NCBI GenBank assembly: GCA_964616165.1
Contig: CAZTTS010000002.1
Location: 19,463-83,462 of the forward strand
Direction of reading: 5' to 3'
Length of the DNA stretch: 64,000 nt
Source: an uncultured Lachnospiraceae bacterium
Lineage (GTDB): Bacteria; Bacillota; Clostridia; TANB77; CAG-508
Part shown: positions 26,993 through 39,681 of the stretch, one piece after another
Position numbering within the stretch: the first letter of the stretch is position 1
Layout of the letters: each line of letters starts with the position of its first letter
Program-made: the position numbers and the translations under genes
The notes under the pieces: model-generated
What the model was told of the DNA's origin: nothing
Databases searched by the model: none
What the model saw: only the letters and a program-made list of their open reading frames with translations

Positions 26993-27240
26993 ATTTTCAT
27001 GTAATGTCGAGTTGGAGAGATATATATGAGTTAATGCATATATACAAGGAATAATTTAAAAGGTGAAAATGATTTTGCCTTTTATTTATTGTTACATTAT
27101 ATAGTTTTGAAGAGGAATTGGAAAAAGTGGAACTATTTAAAAGTATATTTTTTGGGCAGAAAGTGTATTTTTAAATAAAAACCTTTATTCTAAGAAGGAC
27201 TTCTAAAACAAGATGCCTAAATCTTTTTTAGGAGGAAAAA

Positions 27241-30200
27241 TTGAATAATAAAAAGATTGAAGATTTAAGGAAAAAAGCTATATCTGAGCTTGGCCTTATA
27301 CCAGTGGAATATGAAGGAGGAACTAGATATAACTTTTGTAAAGTTCCTGATTTTATCGATATCCCAGATTTATTAAAAGTACAAAAAGATTCTTATCAAT
27401 GGTTCTATGATAAAGGACTAGGTGAAGTTTTAAGAGATATTTCTCCAATTAAAAATCACTCTGGTACTTTAAGTTTAGAATTTTTTAAGTATCATTTCGA
27501 AGATTCTACAAAATATGATATCCAAGAAACTAAAGCTAGAAATACTACGTATTCAAAAAGATTAATTGTAAGTGTTCGATTAACAGATGAAGAAACAGGG
27601 GAAATTAAAGAACAAAATATTTTCTTTGGTGATTTTCCTGTTATGACACAAAATGGGACATTTATTATTAATGGAGCTGAAAGAGTAGTTGTTTCACAAT
27701 TAGTTAGATCACCAGGTTCATATTTTGTTCAAGAAGCGGCACCATATAGATATAGAGGAAAGAAAATTTATACTTCTACTATAATGCCAATTAGAGGTGC
27801 ATGGATTGAAATTGAAACAGATGTTTTTGATACTGTATATGCAAGAGTAGACAGAACAAGAAAGATTCCTGTTACTACTTTAATTAGAGCTCTAGGAGTA
27901 GAAGATGACAATGAAATCTTACAAATGTTTGGAGATAATGAAAAAATAATAACAACACTTGCAAAAGATACAATTAAAACTACGCCAGAAGCCTTAATTG
28001 AAATATATAAGAAATTAAGACCAGGAGAACTTCCTACTTATGATGCTGCTAAAACTTTATTTAACCAACTACTATTTAATGATAGAAGATACGACTTATC
28101 TAAAGTTGGTAGATATAAATTTAATCAAAAATTAGCATTAGCAAGTAGAATTTCTAGAAAGATAGCAGTAGAAAATATTGTTAATCCAGATACTGGAGAA
28201 ATATTTGTTAAAGCTGGTGATAAAATACTATATGATCAAGCTGTTGAAATACAAAACTCTGGCATACAATCAGTAAAGGTTAAGGGTAATGATGGAAATT
28301 CAGTTACTGTTATTGGAAATGGTACGGTAAATATTAGAGCATATGTTGATGATAAAATAGTAGATAATTTGGATATAACAGATTTAGTAAATTATAGTGT
28401 ATTAAAAGATATTTTAGAAAATACTAAGAAAAAAGACTTAGAAAAAGTATTATTAGAAAGAAAAGAAGAACTAATGCCTTTCCACGTATTACCAGAAGAT
28501 ATTTTTGCAACTATTTCATATATTATATCTTTAGATAATGGAATAGGAAGATTAGACAATATTGATCATTTAGGTAATAGAAGAGTAAGATCTGTAGGAG
28601 AATTACTACAAAATCAATTTAGAATTGGACTTGTAAGACTAGAAAGAGTTGTAAGAGAAAGAATGACAATTCAAGACTTAGATTCAGTTACACCACAAAC
28701 TCTTATTAATACAAAACCTATTACTTCAGCTATTAGAGAATTTTTTGGTTCATCACAATTATCACAATTTATGGATCAAACAAATCCTTTATCAGAATTA
28801 GCACATAAAAGAAGAATATCAGCTTTAGGACCTGGAGGATTATCAAGAGAAAGGGCAGGATTTGATGTTAGAGACGTTCATTATACTCACTATGGAAGAC
28901 TATGCCCTGTTGAATCTCCAGAAGGTCCAAATATAGGTTTAATTTCAGCTCTGTCAATTTTTGCTAGAATAAATGAATATGGTTTTATTGAAACACCATA
29001 TAGAAAAATTGATTCTAAAACACATAAAATTTCAGATGAAATTACATATATGTCAGCAGACATAGAAGATGAATTTATAATAGCACAGGCAACAGAACCT
29101 ACAAAGAACGGAAAACTTGTAAATGAAATGGTTAGAGTTAGACATTTAGATCAAGTTAAGGAAGTTGAAAAAGAAGAAGTAGAATATTTGGATATTTCTC
29201 CAAAACAACTAGTAGGAGTTGGAGCATCACTTATTCCCTTCTTGGAAAATGATGATGGAAATAGAGCACTTATGGGTGCAAACATGCAGAGACAAGCTGT
29301 TCCATTAGTTCAAGCAGATTCACCAATGATTGGAACGGGATTAGAATATAAAGTAGCAAAAGATTCAGGTTTAATAGTTTTAGCAAAAGAAGCAGGAGAA
29401 GTAATAAAAGTTACAGCTGATGTTATTGAAGTTAAAGATGATAAAGGCAACAAAGAAAAATATGAATTATTAAATTTCAAAAGAACAAACGGTGCTACAT
29501 GTATTAATCAAAAACCTATTGTTAAAGAAGGACAAAAAGTTAAAAAGGGTGAAACTCTTACAGATGGACCTGGAATTAGAGGCTCAGAATTAGCCTTAGG
29601 TCAAAATGTTATAGTAGCATTTGCTTCTTGGGAAGGATATAACTACGAGGATGCTATTTTAATATCAGAAAGATTGGTACAAGACGATGTATATACATCA
29701 GTTCACATTGATGAATATGAGTGTGAGGCAAGAGAGACTAAATTAGGACCAGAAGAAATAACAAATGAAATACCTAATGTTGGAGCTGATGCTTTAAAAG
29801 ATTTAGATGATTCAGGAGTTATTAGAATTGGAGCCGAAGTTAGATCAGGAGATATACTAGTAGGTAAAATTACACCAAAAGGTGAAACAGAATTAACAGC
29901 AGAAGAAAGACTGTTAAGAGCAATTTTTGGTGAAAAATCTAGAGAAGTTAGAGATACATCATTAAGACTTCCACATGGTGAAGTAGGAACAGTAGTTGAT
30001 ATAAAAATATTTGACAAAGAAAATTCGGAGGAATTAAAACCTGGTGTAAACAAGGTTGTTAGAATTTATGTAGCACAAAAAAGAAAGATTGGTATTGGCG
30101 ACAAAATGTCAGGAAGACATGGTAATAAAGGAGTTATTTCTAAAATATTACCTCAAGAAGATATGCCATATATGCCAGATGGAACACCAGTTGATATAGT

Positions 30201-31098
30201 ATTAACACCAATGGGAGTACCTTCTCGTATGAATTTAGGGCAAGTTCTAGAAATACATTTAGGATTAGTTGCAAAGGAACTTGGGATGAAGTTTGCTACA
30301 CCAGTTTTTAGTGGAGCAACAGACTTAGAAATTGTAGAATTACTAGAACTACTAGGTAAAAGTAAAGATGGTAAAACAACATTATATGATGGTAGAACAG
30401 GAGAAACTTTTGATGCGCCAATTACAGTTGGAGTAATGTATATCTTAAAATTACATCATTTAGTAGATGATAAAATGCATGCTAGATCAACAGGGTCATA
30501 TTCTCTAGTTACACAACAACCTCTTGGTGGGAAAGCACAATTTGGTGGTCAAAGATTTGGAGAAATGGAAGTTTGGGCATTAGAAGCTTATGGTGCAGCA
30601 CATACTCTACAAGAAATGTTAACAATTAAATCAGATGATGTTACTCAGAGAGTAAAAACTTATGAAGCAATTGTTAAAGGACAAGATATTCCAAAAGCTG
30701 GAGTACCAGAAAGTTTTAGAGTTTTAGTTAAAGAACTTCAAGGCTTAGGTCTAGATGTAGAACTATATAATGATGAAGAAAGTGTTGATCTTTCTTTAGA
30801 AGATGAAGAAGAAAATCTATTAACAAGAGAACAAATGCTTAAAGACAGAGAAAGAGAAAAGTTAGAATTAGCTAGATTAGAAGAAGAAAAGAAGTTAATA
30901 GAAAGTGATGATTATGATTTAGAGTCTATAGATGATGTTTATGAAGAAGAATTTGATATAGAAATTGATGAAGATGAAATAAAAAAATCAATGTCTATTA
31001 AAGATACGGAAGATATTGACTTAATAGAAGAAGACATCGAAGAAGATATTGAAGAAGAAGAAATACTAGAGGAAAACGAAATTTTAGACGAAGAATAA
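27241..31098 (+). CDS. rpoB: DNA-directed RNA polymerase subunit beta, with an acidic C-terminal extension of about 120 aa
   Basis: Full conserved RpoB sequence; TTG start with RBS taggagg; a tail rich in E/D/I after the conserved LGLDVEL end. Confidence 0.95.
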   Translation: MNNKKIEDLRKKAISELGLIPVEYEGGTRYNFCKVPDFIDIPDLLKVQKDSYQWFYDKGLGEVLRDISPIKNHSGTLSLEFFKYHFEDSTKYDIQETKARNTTYSKRLIVSVRLTDEETGEIKEQNIFFGDFPVMTQNGTFIINGAERVVVSQLVRSPGSYFVQEAAPYRYRGKKIYTSTIMPIRGAWIEIETDVFDTVYARVDRTRKIPVTTLIRALGVEDDNEILQMFGDNEKIITTLAKDTIKTTPEALIEIYKKLRPGELPTYDAAKTLFNQLLFNDRRYDLSKVGRYKFNQKLALASRISRKIAVENIVNPDTGEIFVKAGDKILYDQAVEIQNSGIQSVKVKGNDGNSVTVIGNGTVNIRAYVDDKIVDNLDITDLVNYSVLKDILENTKKKDLEKVLLERKEELMPFHVLPEDIFATISYIISLDNGIGRLDNIDHLGNRRVRSVGELLQNQFRIGLVRLERVVRERMTIQDLDSVTPQTLINTKPITSAIREFFGSSQLSQFMDQTNPLSELAHKRRISALGPGGLSRERAGFDVRDVHYTHYGRLCPVESPEGPNIGLISALSIFARINEYGFIETPYRKIDSKTHKISDEITYMSADIEDEFIIAQATEPTKNGKLVNEMVRVRHLDQVKEVEKEEVEYLDISPKQLVGVGASLIPFLENDDGNRALMGANMQRQAVPLVQADSPMIGTGLEYKVAKDSGLIVLAKEAGEVIKVTADVIEVKDDKGNKEKYELLNFKRTNGATCINQKPIVKEGQKVKKGETLTDGPGIRGSELALGQNVIVAFASWEGYNYEDAILISERLVQDDVYTSVHIDEYECEARETKLGPEEITNEIPNVGADALKDLDDSGVIRIGAEVRSGDILVGKITPKGETELTAEERLLRAIFGEKSREVRDTSLRLPHGEVGTVVDIKIFDKENSEELKPGVNKVVRIYVAQKRKIGIGDKMSGRHGNKGVISKILPQEDMPYMPDGTPVDIVLTPMGVPSRMNLGQVLEIHLGLVAKELGMKFATPVFSGATDLEIVELLELLGKSKDGKTTLYDGRTGETFDAPITVGVMYILKLHHLVDDKMHARSTGSYSLVTQQPLGGKAQFGGQRFGEMEVWALEAYGAAHTLQEMLTIKSDDVTQRVKTYEAIVKGQDIPKAGVPESFRVLVKELQGLGLDVELYNDEESVDLSLEDEEENLLTREQMLKDREREKLELARLEEEKKLIESDDYDLESIDDVYEEEFDIEIDEDEIKKSMSIKDTEDIDLIEEDIEEDIEEEEILEENEILDEE

Positions 31099-31250
31099 TA
31101 ATATTAAATAATAAGTGAACAGAACACTTAAAATCTGAAAAATGTAATTTAATAGTTTAAGGGAAATAAATTAAAAATATGAATATGCACAGCAAAGTTG
31201 TTTTAATATATAAACTTAAACATCCTATATAAAATATAATGGGAGGAAAA

Positions 31251-34200
31251 ATGAACGACAAAGACTTTAATAGAATTAAAATCAGCTTGGCATCTGATGA
31301 AGCAATAAGAGAATGGTCTTATGGTGAGGTAAAAAAGCCAGAAACAATTAATTATAGAACTTTAAAACCAGAAAAAGATGGGCTTTTTTGTGAAAAAATC
31401 TTTGGTCCAACTAAAGATTGGGAATGTCATTGTGGAAAGTACAAGAGAGTAAGATATAAGGGAATAATTTGTGATAGATGTGGTGTTGAAGTAACTAGAT
31501 CAAAAGTTAGAAGAGAAAGAATGGGACATATTGAACTTGCTACTCCTATAGCTCATATTTGGTATTTTAAAGGAGTTCCATCAAGATTGGCACTAGTACT
31601 TAATGTTTCACCTAAAGATCTTGAAAGAGTTATTTACTTTGCTTCATATATTGTTACTTCAAGTCAGATTCCAAATTTGAAAGAGAAGGATATTTTATCT
31701 GAAATGGACTATAGAGAAGCTGTTGAAACTTATGGTTATGGAACATTTAAAGCAGAATCAGGAGCTGAAGCAGTAAGAAAACTATTGGAAAAAATAGATT
31801 TAGATGAATTATCAGCAGAAATTTATGAAGAATTTAAAAATGCTCCACAAGGCAAAAAAGGTAAAATTTTAAAAAGATTAGAAATTGTAGAAGCATTTAG
31901 AACATCAGGAAACAGACCAGAATGGGTAGTTATGAATATTCTACCTGTAGTTCCACCTGATTTAAGACCAATGGTTCAATTAGATGGAGGTAGATTTGCT
32001 ACTTCTGACTTAAATGATCTATATAGAAGAGTTTTAAATAGAAATAATAGATTAAGAAGATTATTAGACTTAGGTGCACCAGATATTATTGTAAGAAATG
32101 AGAAAAGAATGCTTCAAGAATCTGTTGATGCATTATTAGATAATACTAAAAGAGGTAGACCAATAACAGGACCAGGAAACCGTCCTTTAAAATCTTTATC
32201 AGATAATTTAAAAGGAAAGCAAGGTAGATTTAGACAAAATTTACTTGGTAAAAGAGTTGATTACTCTGGCCGTTCAGTTATAGTTGTTGGACCAGAATTG
32301 AAAATTTATCAATGTGGTCTTCCTAAAGAAATGGCCATTGAATTATTCAAACCATTTGTTATGGGACAATTAATATCAAAAAATTTAGCTCCTAATATTA
32401 AAGCAGCTAAAAAAATGGTTGACACTCAACAAGAAGAAATATGGGATATATTAGATGATGTTATTGATGATCATCCAGTACTTTTAAATAGAGCACCTAC
32501 ACTTCATAGATTGGGTGTGCAAGCTTTTGAACCAGTATTAGTTGATGGTAAAGCGATTCATTTACATCCACTAGTTTGTGCAGCATTTAATGCAGATTTT
32601 GACGGAGACCAAATGCCAGTTCATGTGCCTTTATCTCCTGAATCTCAAGCAGAAGCAAGATATTTAATGTTATCAACAAATAATTTATTAAAACCTCAAG
32701 ATGGACAACCAATAACAGTTCCATCACATGACATGATCACAGGTTCATATTATTTAACTAGGCTTGAAGAAGGAGCAAAAGGGTCAGATAGTTACTTTAA
32801 AGATTCAGAAGAAGCAGAAATGGCTTATGCAACTAATCATATTAGTTTACATGCTCCGATAAATGTAAAAATGTCTAAAACTGATGACAAAGGTTATACT
32901 ACAAGTAAAATTATTAAAACAACAGTTGGAAGAATAATATTTAATCAAGTAATACCTCAAGATTTAGGTTTTGTTGATAGAACAGATCCAGAAAAAGAAT
33001 TTGATTTAGAAATTAATGAAGACATTTCTAAAAAACTATATAAACAAATAGTTTCAAAAAGCATAGATGTACATGGAATTACAAAAACAGCTGAAATTCT
33101 TGATGAAATAATTAAAGTAGCTTTTAAATATTCAACTGTATCTGGATTAACAGTATCTATTGCTGATGCCACTATTCCAAAAGAGAAACAAGCTATTTTA
33201 AAAGAAGCAGACAAAAAAGTTGATGAAATATATGAAAGTTTTAAAGAAGGATTATTGTCAGACGAAGATAGATATAATGCAACAGTGCAAATATGGCAAA
33301 AAGCTACTGATGATGTTACAAAGGCAATGGAAGCACAATTTGATCCAATGAATCCTTTCTATTTAATGGCGAGAACTGGAGCAAGAGGTAATATTAACCA
33401 ATTAAGACAAATTGCTGGTATGAGAGGACTTATGGCTGATACTAGTGGTAAAGTTGTTGAAATACCTATTAAAGCTTCATTTAGAGAAGGTCTTGATGCT
33501 TTAGAATACTTTATTTCATCACATGGAGCTAGAAAAGGATTAGCAGATACAGCTTTAAGAACAGCAAATGCTGGATATTTAACTAGAAGATTAGTTGATG
33601 TTGCACAAGATATAATAGTAAGAGAAGAAGATTGTGAAACAGATATTGGTTTAAATTTAAAAGAAATAGTTGCTGATGGAAGAGTTGTAGAAAAATTAGA
33701 AGAGAGAATGGTTGGAAGATACCCATTAAAAGCTATCAAACATCCAAAAACAAATAAAACAATAGTAGCAAAAGATCAAATAATATCAGAAGCATTAGCT
33801 AATGAGATTGTTGAGGCAGGAATCAAAGAAGTTGAAGTAAGATCTTCAGTAGGATGTAAAACTAAACATGGTGTGTGTAAAGTATGTTATGGTAAATCGT
33901 TAGCTGCAAAAGAATTAGTTTCAATTGGCGATGCAGTTGGAATTATTGCTGCTCAAGCGATTGGAGAACCTGGAACTCAAATGACAATGCGTACTTTCCA
34001 TAGTGGTGGAGTTGCTACAGCAGATGACATTACACAAGGTTTACCTAGAGTTGAAGAGTTATTTGAAGCTAGAAATCCTAAAGGTGTTGCTGTTATATCT
34101 GAAATTGATGGAACAATAAAAGTAAATCAACCAGAAGATAAGAAAAAATCTTTAGAAATAATAATTATAGGGAAAAATGAAACAAAAACATATATAGCAA

Positions 34201-34832
34201 ATCAAAAATTATTTGACTGGGTAGTTGATGGAGCAGAAGCAAAAGCTGGACAACCATTAACTGAAGGTTCTATAAATCCTAATGAATTATTAGTTGCAAA
34301 AGGACCATCAGCTGTATTTGAGTATATAATGGAAGAAGTACAAAAAACTTATAGGAATCAAGGTGTTGATATTAATGATAAACATATTGAAATAATTATT
34401 AGACAAATGTTAAAGAAAGTTAAAATATCTGATCCTGGAGATTCTGGAAGAATGATAGCAAGCTTTATAGATTTACCTAATTATTATGAAGAAAATGAGA
34501 AATTAAAAGCAGAGGGTAAAAAGCAAATGAAGGGTAATAGAACATTACTAGGAATTAGTAAAGCTTCTATATCAACAGAGAGTTTCTTATCAGCAGCATC
34601 ATTCCAAGAAACAACAAGAGTTTTAACAGATGCGGCAATTAAAGGTAAAGTTGACGAACTAATTGGATTAAAAGAAAATGTTATTATTGGTAAATTAATC
34701 CCAGTTGGTGCAGGATTACCTAAATACAGAAAAATCAAAACAAATACTTTAGATGACAAAGAAAGAATTGAAAAAATTCTAGCATTAAAAGAAAAGTATC
34801 AAGAAGATTTAGATTTAAATACAGAAAGTTAA
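31251..34832 (+). CDS. rpoC: DNA-directed RNA polymerase subunit beta'
   Basis: Zinc finger CHCGKYKR...CDRCGVEV and NADFDGD catalytic motif. The ATG at 31251 follows the GGGAGG RBS. Confidence 0.95.
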   Translation: MNDKDFNRIKISLASDEAIREWSYGEVKKPETINYRTLKPEKDGLFCEKIFGPTKDWECHCGKYKRVRYKGIICDRCGVEVTRSKVRRERMGHIELATPIAHIWYFKGVPSRLALVLNVSPKDLERVIYFASYIVTSSQIPNLKEKDILSEMDYREAVETYGYGTFKAESGAEAVRKLLEKIDLDELSAEIYEEFKNAPQGKKGKILKRLEIVEAFRTSGNRPEWVVMNILPVVPPDLRPMVQLDGGRFATSDLNDLYRRVLNRNNRLRRLLDLGAPDIIVRNEKRMLQESVDALLDNTKRGRPITGPGNRPLKSLSDNLKGKQGRFRQNLLGKRVDYSGRSVIVVGPELKIYQCGLPKEMAIELFKPFVMGQLISKNLAPNIKAAKKMVDTQQEEIWDILDDVIDDHPVLLNRAPTLHRLGVQAFEPVLVDGKAIHLHPLVCAAFNADFDGDQMPVHVPLSPESQAEARYLMLSTNNLLKPQDGQPITVPSHDMITGSYYLTRLEEGAKGSDSYFKDSEEAEMAYATNHISLHAPINVKMSKTDDKGYTTSKIIKTTVGRIIFNQVIPQDLGFVDRTDPEKEFDLEINEDISKKLYKQIVSKSIDVHGITKTAEILDEIIKVAFKYSTVSGLTVSIADATIPKEKQAILKEADKKVDEIYESFKEGLLSDEDRYNATVQIWQKATDDVTKAMEAQFDPMNPFYLMARTGARGNINQLRQIAGMRGLMADTSGKVVEIPIKASFREGLDALEYFISSHGARKGLADTALRTANAGYLTRRLVDVAQDIIVREEDCETDIGLNLKEIVADGRVVEKLEERMVGRYPLKAIKHPKTNKTIVAKDQIISEALANEIVEAGIKEVEVRSSVGCKTKHGVCKVCYGKSLAAKELVSIGDAVGIIAAQAIGEPGTQMTMRTFHSGGVATADDITQGLPRVEELFEARNPKGVAVISEIDGTIKVNQPEDKKKSLEIIIIGKNETKTYIANQKLFDWVVDGAEAKAGQPLTEGSINPNELLVAKGPSAVFEYIMEEVQKTYRNQGVDINDKHIEIIIRQMLKKVKISDPGDSGRMIASFIDLPNYYEENEKLKAEGKKQMKGNRTLLGISKASISTESFLSAASFQETTRVLTDAAIKGKVDELIGLKENVIIGKLIPVGAGLPKYRKIKTNTLDDKERIEKILALKEKYQEDLDLNTES

Positions 34833-34883
34833 TAAAATTAATAAAAATTAATAAAAATCATTGAAAGTTCATAAAAACTATTA

Positions 34884-34915
34884 AAGCGGTATGAAAAAAC
34901 ATATCGCTTTTTTAT
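34884..34915 (+). terminator. Intrinsic terminator after rpoC
   Basis: agcggtat...atatcgct hairpin followed by tttttt. Confidence 0.6.
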
Positions 34916-35025
34916 TGTCATTTATATTACAAATGCCCAAAAAGGCTCAATTTAAACAAATAATAACATATAATATGAAATAAAGATGAATAAATTAGAC
35001 ATATAGTTGTATATTTGAGGCAAAG

Positions 35026-37749
35026 ATGAAAAGAATTATGAAAGATAAAGAGAAACTAAAAGAAAAAGAAAAAGACTTAACAATTAGAGAAAATATTAAT
35101 AAAAGACTAAAAGATGCTTCAGAAAGTAATATTCCGGATCTTTATAAAAGCCTAAATAGTTCTGAAAATGGTTTAACAGAAAAACAAGTAAAAGTATCCA
35201 TTGATGAATATGGTGAAAATATAATTGTCTATGATAAAGACAATTCCATATTTAAAAGACTAAGAGAAGCATTTATAAATCCTTTTACTCTTGTATTAAT
35301 TGTTCTTGCAATAGTATCTACTTTTACAGATATTATTTTGGTTTCTATTGAAGAAAGAAATTATGCAACTGTTATTATTATTAGCACAATGGTTCTTATA
35401 TCTGGTGTTTTAAGATTTGCTCAAGAAACTAGAAGTGGTAATGCAGCGGAAAGATTACTAGAAATGATTGAAACCACTACTAATATTGAAAGAAAAGAAG
35501 ATGGTCCCAAAGAAATACCAATAGATGAAGTTGTAGTTGGGGATATAGTACATCTTACAGCAGGAGACATGATACCTGCTGATATTAGAATATTAGAAGC
35601 AAAAGACCTTTTTATTAGTCAATCTGCACTAACTGGTGAGAGTGAAACTATTGAAAAAATAGCAAAAGAAAGCAGTGATAATAAAACACCTTTAGAAAAA
35701 CATAATCTAGCATTTATGGGGACAAATGTTATTTCAGGATATGGAAAGGGAATTGTAATTGCCATAGGTTCTGATACATATTTTGGAGAAATTGCTCATA
35801 AACTAAAAAGAACTCCAACAGTTACAAGCTTTGAAAAAGGTGTTAATTCAGTTTCTTGGGTATTAATTAGATTTATGCTTGTAATGGTTCCAATAGTTTT
35901 TGTTATTAATGGTATTACTAAAAATGATTGGATTAGTGCATTGCTTTTTGCTATATCTATAGCTGTAGGTTTAACACCAGAGATGTTACCAATGATTGTA
36001 ACAACAGGACTTGCAAAAGGTTCAGTAGCAATGTCCAAGAAAAAAGTTATTATAAAAAATTTAAATTCAATACAAAACTTAGGTTCAATAGATATATTAT
36101 GTACTGATAAAACTGGAACTTTAACTGAAGATAAAATTAAACTTCAATATCATCTAGATGTAGAAGGCAAAGAGGATACAAGAGTTTTAAGACATGGTTT
36201 TATGAATAGTTATTATCAAACAGGACTTAAAAATTTAATGGATAAAGCTATTATTGATAAAGCTATTGAACTACAAGATATAGATGAAAAATTAGGCAAA
36301 TCTTTAACTCGTTATATAAAGGTTGATGAAATACCTTTTGATTTTAATAGAAGAAGAATTAGTGTTGTTTTAAAAGATGAAACAGGAAAAACCCAAATGG
36401 TTACCAAAGGAGCTGTAGAAGAAATGTTAACAATTTCAACTTTTGTTGAATATAAGGGAGAGGTTGTTCCTTTAAATGATGATAAAAAAGATATTGTTAA
36501 AGCCAAAGTAAAAGAATTAAATGAAAGTGGGATGAGAGTCTTAGCTGTTTCACAAAAAACCAATCCATCACCTATAGGAGAGTTTTCGGTTGCAGATGAA
36601 AATGAAATGGTTTTAATGGGATATTTAGCATTTTTAGATCCCCCAAAAGAAACTGCAAAATCAGCAATACAGGCTTTAAAGGATCATGGTGTTAGTATAA
36701 AAGTATTAACAGGAGATAATGCTGAAGTAACAAAAAATGTTTGTATGCAAGTAGGAATTGAATTTGATAAAATATATATTGGAGCAGATGTAGATGAAAT
36801 GGATGATAAAGAATTAGCTAAGATAGCTGTTAAAACAGCAATATTTGCTAAATTATCACCTGCTCAAAAAGCTAGAATAGTGAATCTTTTAAAAGAAGAA
36901 GGACATTCTGTTGGATACTTGGGTGATGGTATTAATGATGCATTAGCTTTAGAAGCTGCTGATGTTGGTATTTCAGTTGATAATGCTGTAGATATTGCAA
37001 AAGAATCAGCAGATGTTATTCTTTTAGAAAAAGATCTCATGGTATTAGAAAATGGAATTATTGAAGGTAGAAAAACATATGCTAATATTATAAAATATAT
37101 AAAATTAACAGCATCTTCAAATTTTGGGAATGTGTTTTCTGTTTTAATTGCAAGTGCATTTTTGCCATTTCTACCAATGATGAGTCTACATTTAATCTTA
37201 TTAAATTTAATATATGATATTTCATGTATTGCAATACCTTGGGATAATGTTGATGAAGAAATGATTAAAAAACCTAGAAATTGGGATGCTAGTTCAATAT
37301 TTAAATTTATGATATGGATGGGCCCTATAAGTTCTATATTTGATATTACAACATATATATTAATGTATTTTGTAATTGCACCAGTGTTTACAGGAGGGCT
37401 ATATTATCACCAATTAACAGATCCTAGTATGATGTTAACATTTATGGCAGTATTCCATTCTGGTTGGTTTATAGAGTCAATGTGGAGCCAAACTCTTGTT
37501 ATTCATTTAATTAGAACAAGTAAAACTCCTTTTATAAAAAGTAATGCATCAAGAAATTTGACTATACTAACTCTTTTAGGAATCGTAATTGCTACTATTA
37601 TTCCATATACGGCACTAGGTAAGACTATAGGATTATTCCCTCTACCAGCTATATATTTTGTATATTTAGCTTTAACAATAATAGCATATATGCTCTTAAT
37701 TGGTATCTTTAAGAAAATATATATTAAGAAATATGGAGAACTTCTTTAG
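35026..37749 (+). CDS. mgtA: Magnesium-translocating P-type ATPase MgtA
   Basis: DKTGTLT phosphorylation site, [10 protein letters not shown], and a 10-TM topology; length and N-terminus typical of the MgtA/MgtB subfamily. Confidence 0.85.
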   Translation: MKRIMKDKEKLKEKEKDLTIRENINKRLKDASESNIPDLYKSLNSSENGLTEKQVKVSIDEYGENIIVYDKDNSIFKRLREAFINPFTLVLIVLAIVSTFTDIILVSIEERNYATVIIISTMVLISGVLRFAQETRSGNAAERLLEMIETTTNIERKEDGPKEIPIDEVVVGDIVHLTAGDMIPADIRILEAKDLFISQSALTGESETIEKIAKESSDNKTPLEKHNLAFMGTNVISGYGKGIVIAIGSDTYFGEIAHKLKRTPTVTSFEKGVNSVSWVLIRFMLVMVPIVFVINGITKNDWISALLFAISIAVGLTPEMLPMIVTTGLAKGSVAMSKKKVIIKNLNSIQNLGSIDILCTDKTGTLTEDKIKLQYHLDVEGKEDTRVLRHGFMNSYYQTGLKNLMDKAIIDKAIELQDIDEKLGKSLTRYIKVDEIPFDFNRRRISVVLKDETGKTQMVTKGAVEEMLTISTFVEYKGEVVPLNDDKKDIVKAKVKELNESGMRVLAVSQKTNPSPIGEFSVADENEMVLMGYLAFLDPPKETAKSAIQALKDHGVSIKVLTGDNAEVTKNVCMQVGIEFDKIYIGADVDEMDDKELAKIAVKTAIFAKLSPAQKARIVNLLKEEGHSVGYLGDGINDALALEAADVGISVDNAVDIAKESADVILLEKDLMVLENGIIEGRKTYANIIKYIKLTASSNFGNVFSVLIASAFLPFLPMMSLHLILLNLIYDISCIAIPWDNVDEEMIKKPRNWDASSIFKFMIWMGPISSIFDITTYILMYFVIAPVFTGGLYYHQLTDPSMMLTFMAVFHSGWFIESMWSQTLVIHLIRTSKTPFIKSNASRNLTILTLLGIVIATIIPYTALGKTIGLFPLPAIYFVYLALTIIAYMLLIGIFKKIYIKKYGELL

Positions 37750-37864
37750 TTGTATATCATAAGTATAACAATTTGATTAATAAAGCTTTAAAATTTAAGT
37801 ATTTGTTTCTAAAGTTTTGTTTAATGTGTTAAAATATAAATGTAAATAAATAAATAGGTAAAAA

Positions 37865-38551
37865 ATGATTGAATTTAGAAATGTCACAAAAACATATAGC
37901 TCGGGTATAGATGCGGTTAAAAACGCTAATTTTACAATTAATGATGGAGATTTTACATTTTTAGTTGGATCTTCAGGTAGTGGTAAATCAACTTTAATTA
38001 AATTAATTTTAAAAGAGGTAGATCCTACTGCGGGAGCTATATATGTTGATAATAAAGATATTACAAAAATAAAAGAAAAAAGGATCCCATATTTAAGAAG
38101 AAGTATGGGTGTTGTTTTCCAAGATTTTAGATTATTACAGGATAAAACAGTCTATCAGAATGTTGCTTTCGCAATGCAAATTGTTAATGCGTCTAAAAGA
38201 CATATTAAAAAACAAGTTAATGTTGTGTTATCTTTGGTAGGTTTAGATGGTAAAGCTAATTTTTATCCTACACAATTGTCTGGTGGTGAACAACAAAGAG
38301 TTGCAATAGCAAGAGCTTTAGTTAATAATCCAAGTGTTATAATTGCTGATGAACCTACGGGTAATTTAGATCCTGAAACAGCTTGGGAAATTATGAATTT
38401 ACTTTATGAAATTAATCAAAGAGGCACAACTGTTATAATGGCAACACATGCAAAAGATATCGTTAATTATATGAAACAAAGAGTTATCGAAATTAGAGGC
38501 GGTGTTATTGTAAGAGATGTTAAAAAAGGTGGGTATTCAGGTGAATGTTAA
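37865..38551 (+). CDS. ftsE: Cell division ATP-binding protein FtsE
   Basis: ABC ATPase with Walker A GSSGSGKST and signature LSGGEQQRV; paired with ftsX. Confidence 0.9.
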   Translation: MIEFRNVTKTYSSGIDAVKNANFTINDGDFTFLVGSSGSGKSTLIKLILKEVDPTAGAIYVDNKDITKIKEKRIPYLRRSMGVVFQDFRLLQDKTVYQNVAFAMQIVNASKRHIKKQVNVVLSLVGLDGKANFYPTQLSGGEQQRVAIARALVNNPSVIIADEPTGNLDPETAWEIMNLLYEINQRGTTVIMATHAKDIVNYMKQRVIEIRGGVIVRDVKKGGYSGEC

Positions 38552-39440
38552 ATTTGGTTATTATTTAAAAGAAGGATTTGCTAATCTTTCAAAAAACAAA
38601 AAGTCAACCATAGCATCACTTACTGTTATGTTATCTACTTTATTTGTTTTTGGTGTTTTCTTATTATTGAATAAAAATATTAATAAAATAATATTAGGAA
38701 TGGAAGAAGAGCAGGGAATTGAAGTTTTTATTAGTTTAGATGCTAATGATGAACAGGTTGCAAAATTAGGCGAAGATATAAAGAAAATTGATGGTGTTAA
38801 TACTATTAAATTTAAATCAAAACAAGAAGCTATAGAATCTTTAAAAGAACAATGGAAAGACAATCCAAGCGTAATTGATGGATTAGTAGATCATGATGAA
38901 TTTTTACCAGCGTCATATATAATAACATTAACGGACTTACATAAAAATAATGTAGTTCAAGCTGAAATAGAAAAAATGCCAAATGTAAAAAGTATAAGAA
39001 ATCAAGATGATATTATTTCGGCAGTGGTAGTAATATCAAAGTCAGTCAAAGTATTTATAATTAGCATTACTACAATATTAATTATTGTTTCAATTGTTAT
39101 AATTTCCAACACGATTAAACTTTCTGTATATGCTAGAAGAAAAGAAATATCTATTATGAAATATGTTGGAGCTTCAAATGGATTTATTAGAGGACCATTT
39201 GTAGTTGAATCAATTTTGATGGGGCTAATTGCAGTTCTTATTTGCCTTATAATTGTTTTCTTTACTTATGAATTTGTTACACAAAAACTATTAGAACTTG
39301 GAACTTCTCAATCTTTAACTATTGTTGTTGTTCCATTCTTAGACATACTACCAGAATTATTAGCAAGTTATTTTGGACTAGCTCTAGGAATTGGTATAAT
39401 TGGAAGTTCGATTTCGATGAAAAGATATTTAGAAGTTTAA
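38541..39440 (+). CDS. ftsX: Cell division permease FtsX
   Basis: FtsX-like four-TM topology with a large extracellular loop; GTG start with RBS AAAAGGTGGG, overlapping the end of ftsE. Confidence 0.8.
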   Translation: MNVKFGYYLKEGFANLSKNKKSTIASLTVMLSTLFVFGVFLLLNKNINKIILGMEEEQGIEVFISLDANDEQVAKLGEDIKKIDGVNTIKFKSKQEAIESLKEQWKDNPSVIDGLVDHDEFLPASYIITLTDLHKNNVVQAEIEKMPNVKSIRNQDDIISAVVVISKSVKVFIISITTILIIVSIVIISNTIKLSVYARRKEISIMKYVGASNGFIRGPFVVESILMGLIAVLICLIIVFFTYEFVTQKLLELGTSQSLTIVVVPFLDILPELLASYFGLALGIGIIGSSISMKRYLEV

Positions 39441-39476
39441 GACAAAAAATATATTTATATATTAAAAAATAAAAAT

Positions 39477-39507
39477 AAGGCTCTTTTAAAGGGCTTTTTT
39501 TGTATTT
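39477..39507 (+). terminator. Intrinsic terminator after ftsX
   Basis: GC-containing hairpin (ggctcttt/aaagggc) followed by ttttttt. Confidence 0.55.
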
Positions 39508-39536
39508 ATATTCTTAGCTCTTAAAAGCTTTATAAA

Positions 39537-39565
39537 TTGACATAAACTACACTAATTGGTATAAT
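39537..39565 (+). promoter_or_regulatory. Consensus sigma-70 promoter (TTGACA-17-TATAAT) upstream of rnj
   Basis: Exact consensus hexamers with a 17-nt spacer, about 115 nt before the rnj start. Confidence 0.65.
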
Positions 39566-39681
39566 TATATATCATTGCAAGCTTTGCAAATAACGGATTT
39601 TATCGTAAGGATAAAAAATTAAATTAATTATTAAATAACGGAACAGAAATATTAAAGAGAATATTTCTACAAAGGAGAAAA

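Noticed and set aside
31099-31250. Small ORF or ncRNA between rpoB and rpoC
   Set aside because: Typical 150-nt rpoB-rpoC spacer. There is no ORF with an RBS and no convincing stable hairpin. The MGGK extension of rpoC at 31239 lacks RBS spacing, so the ATG at 31251 is preferred.
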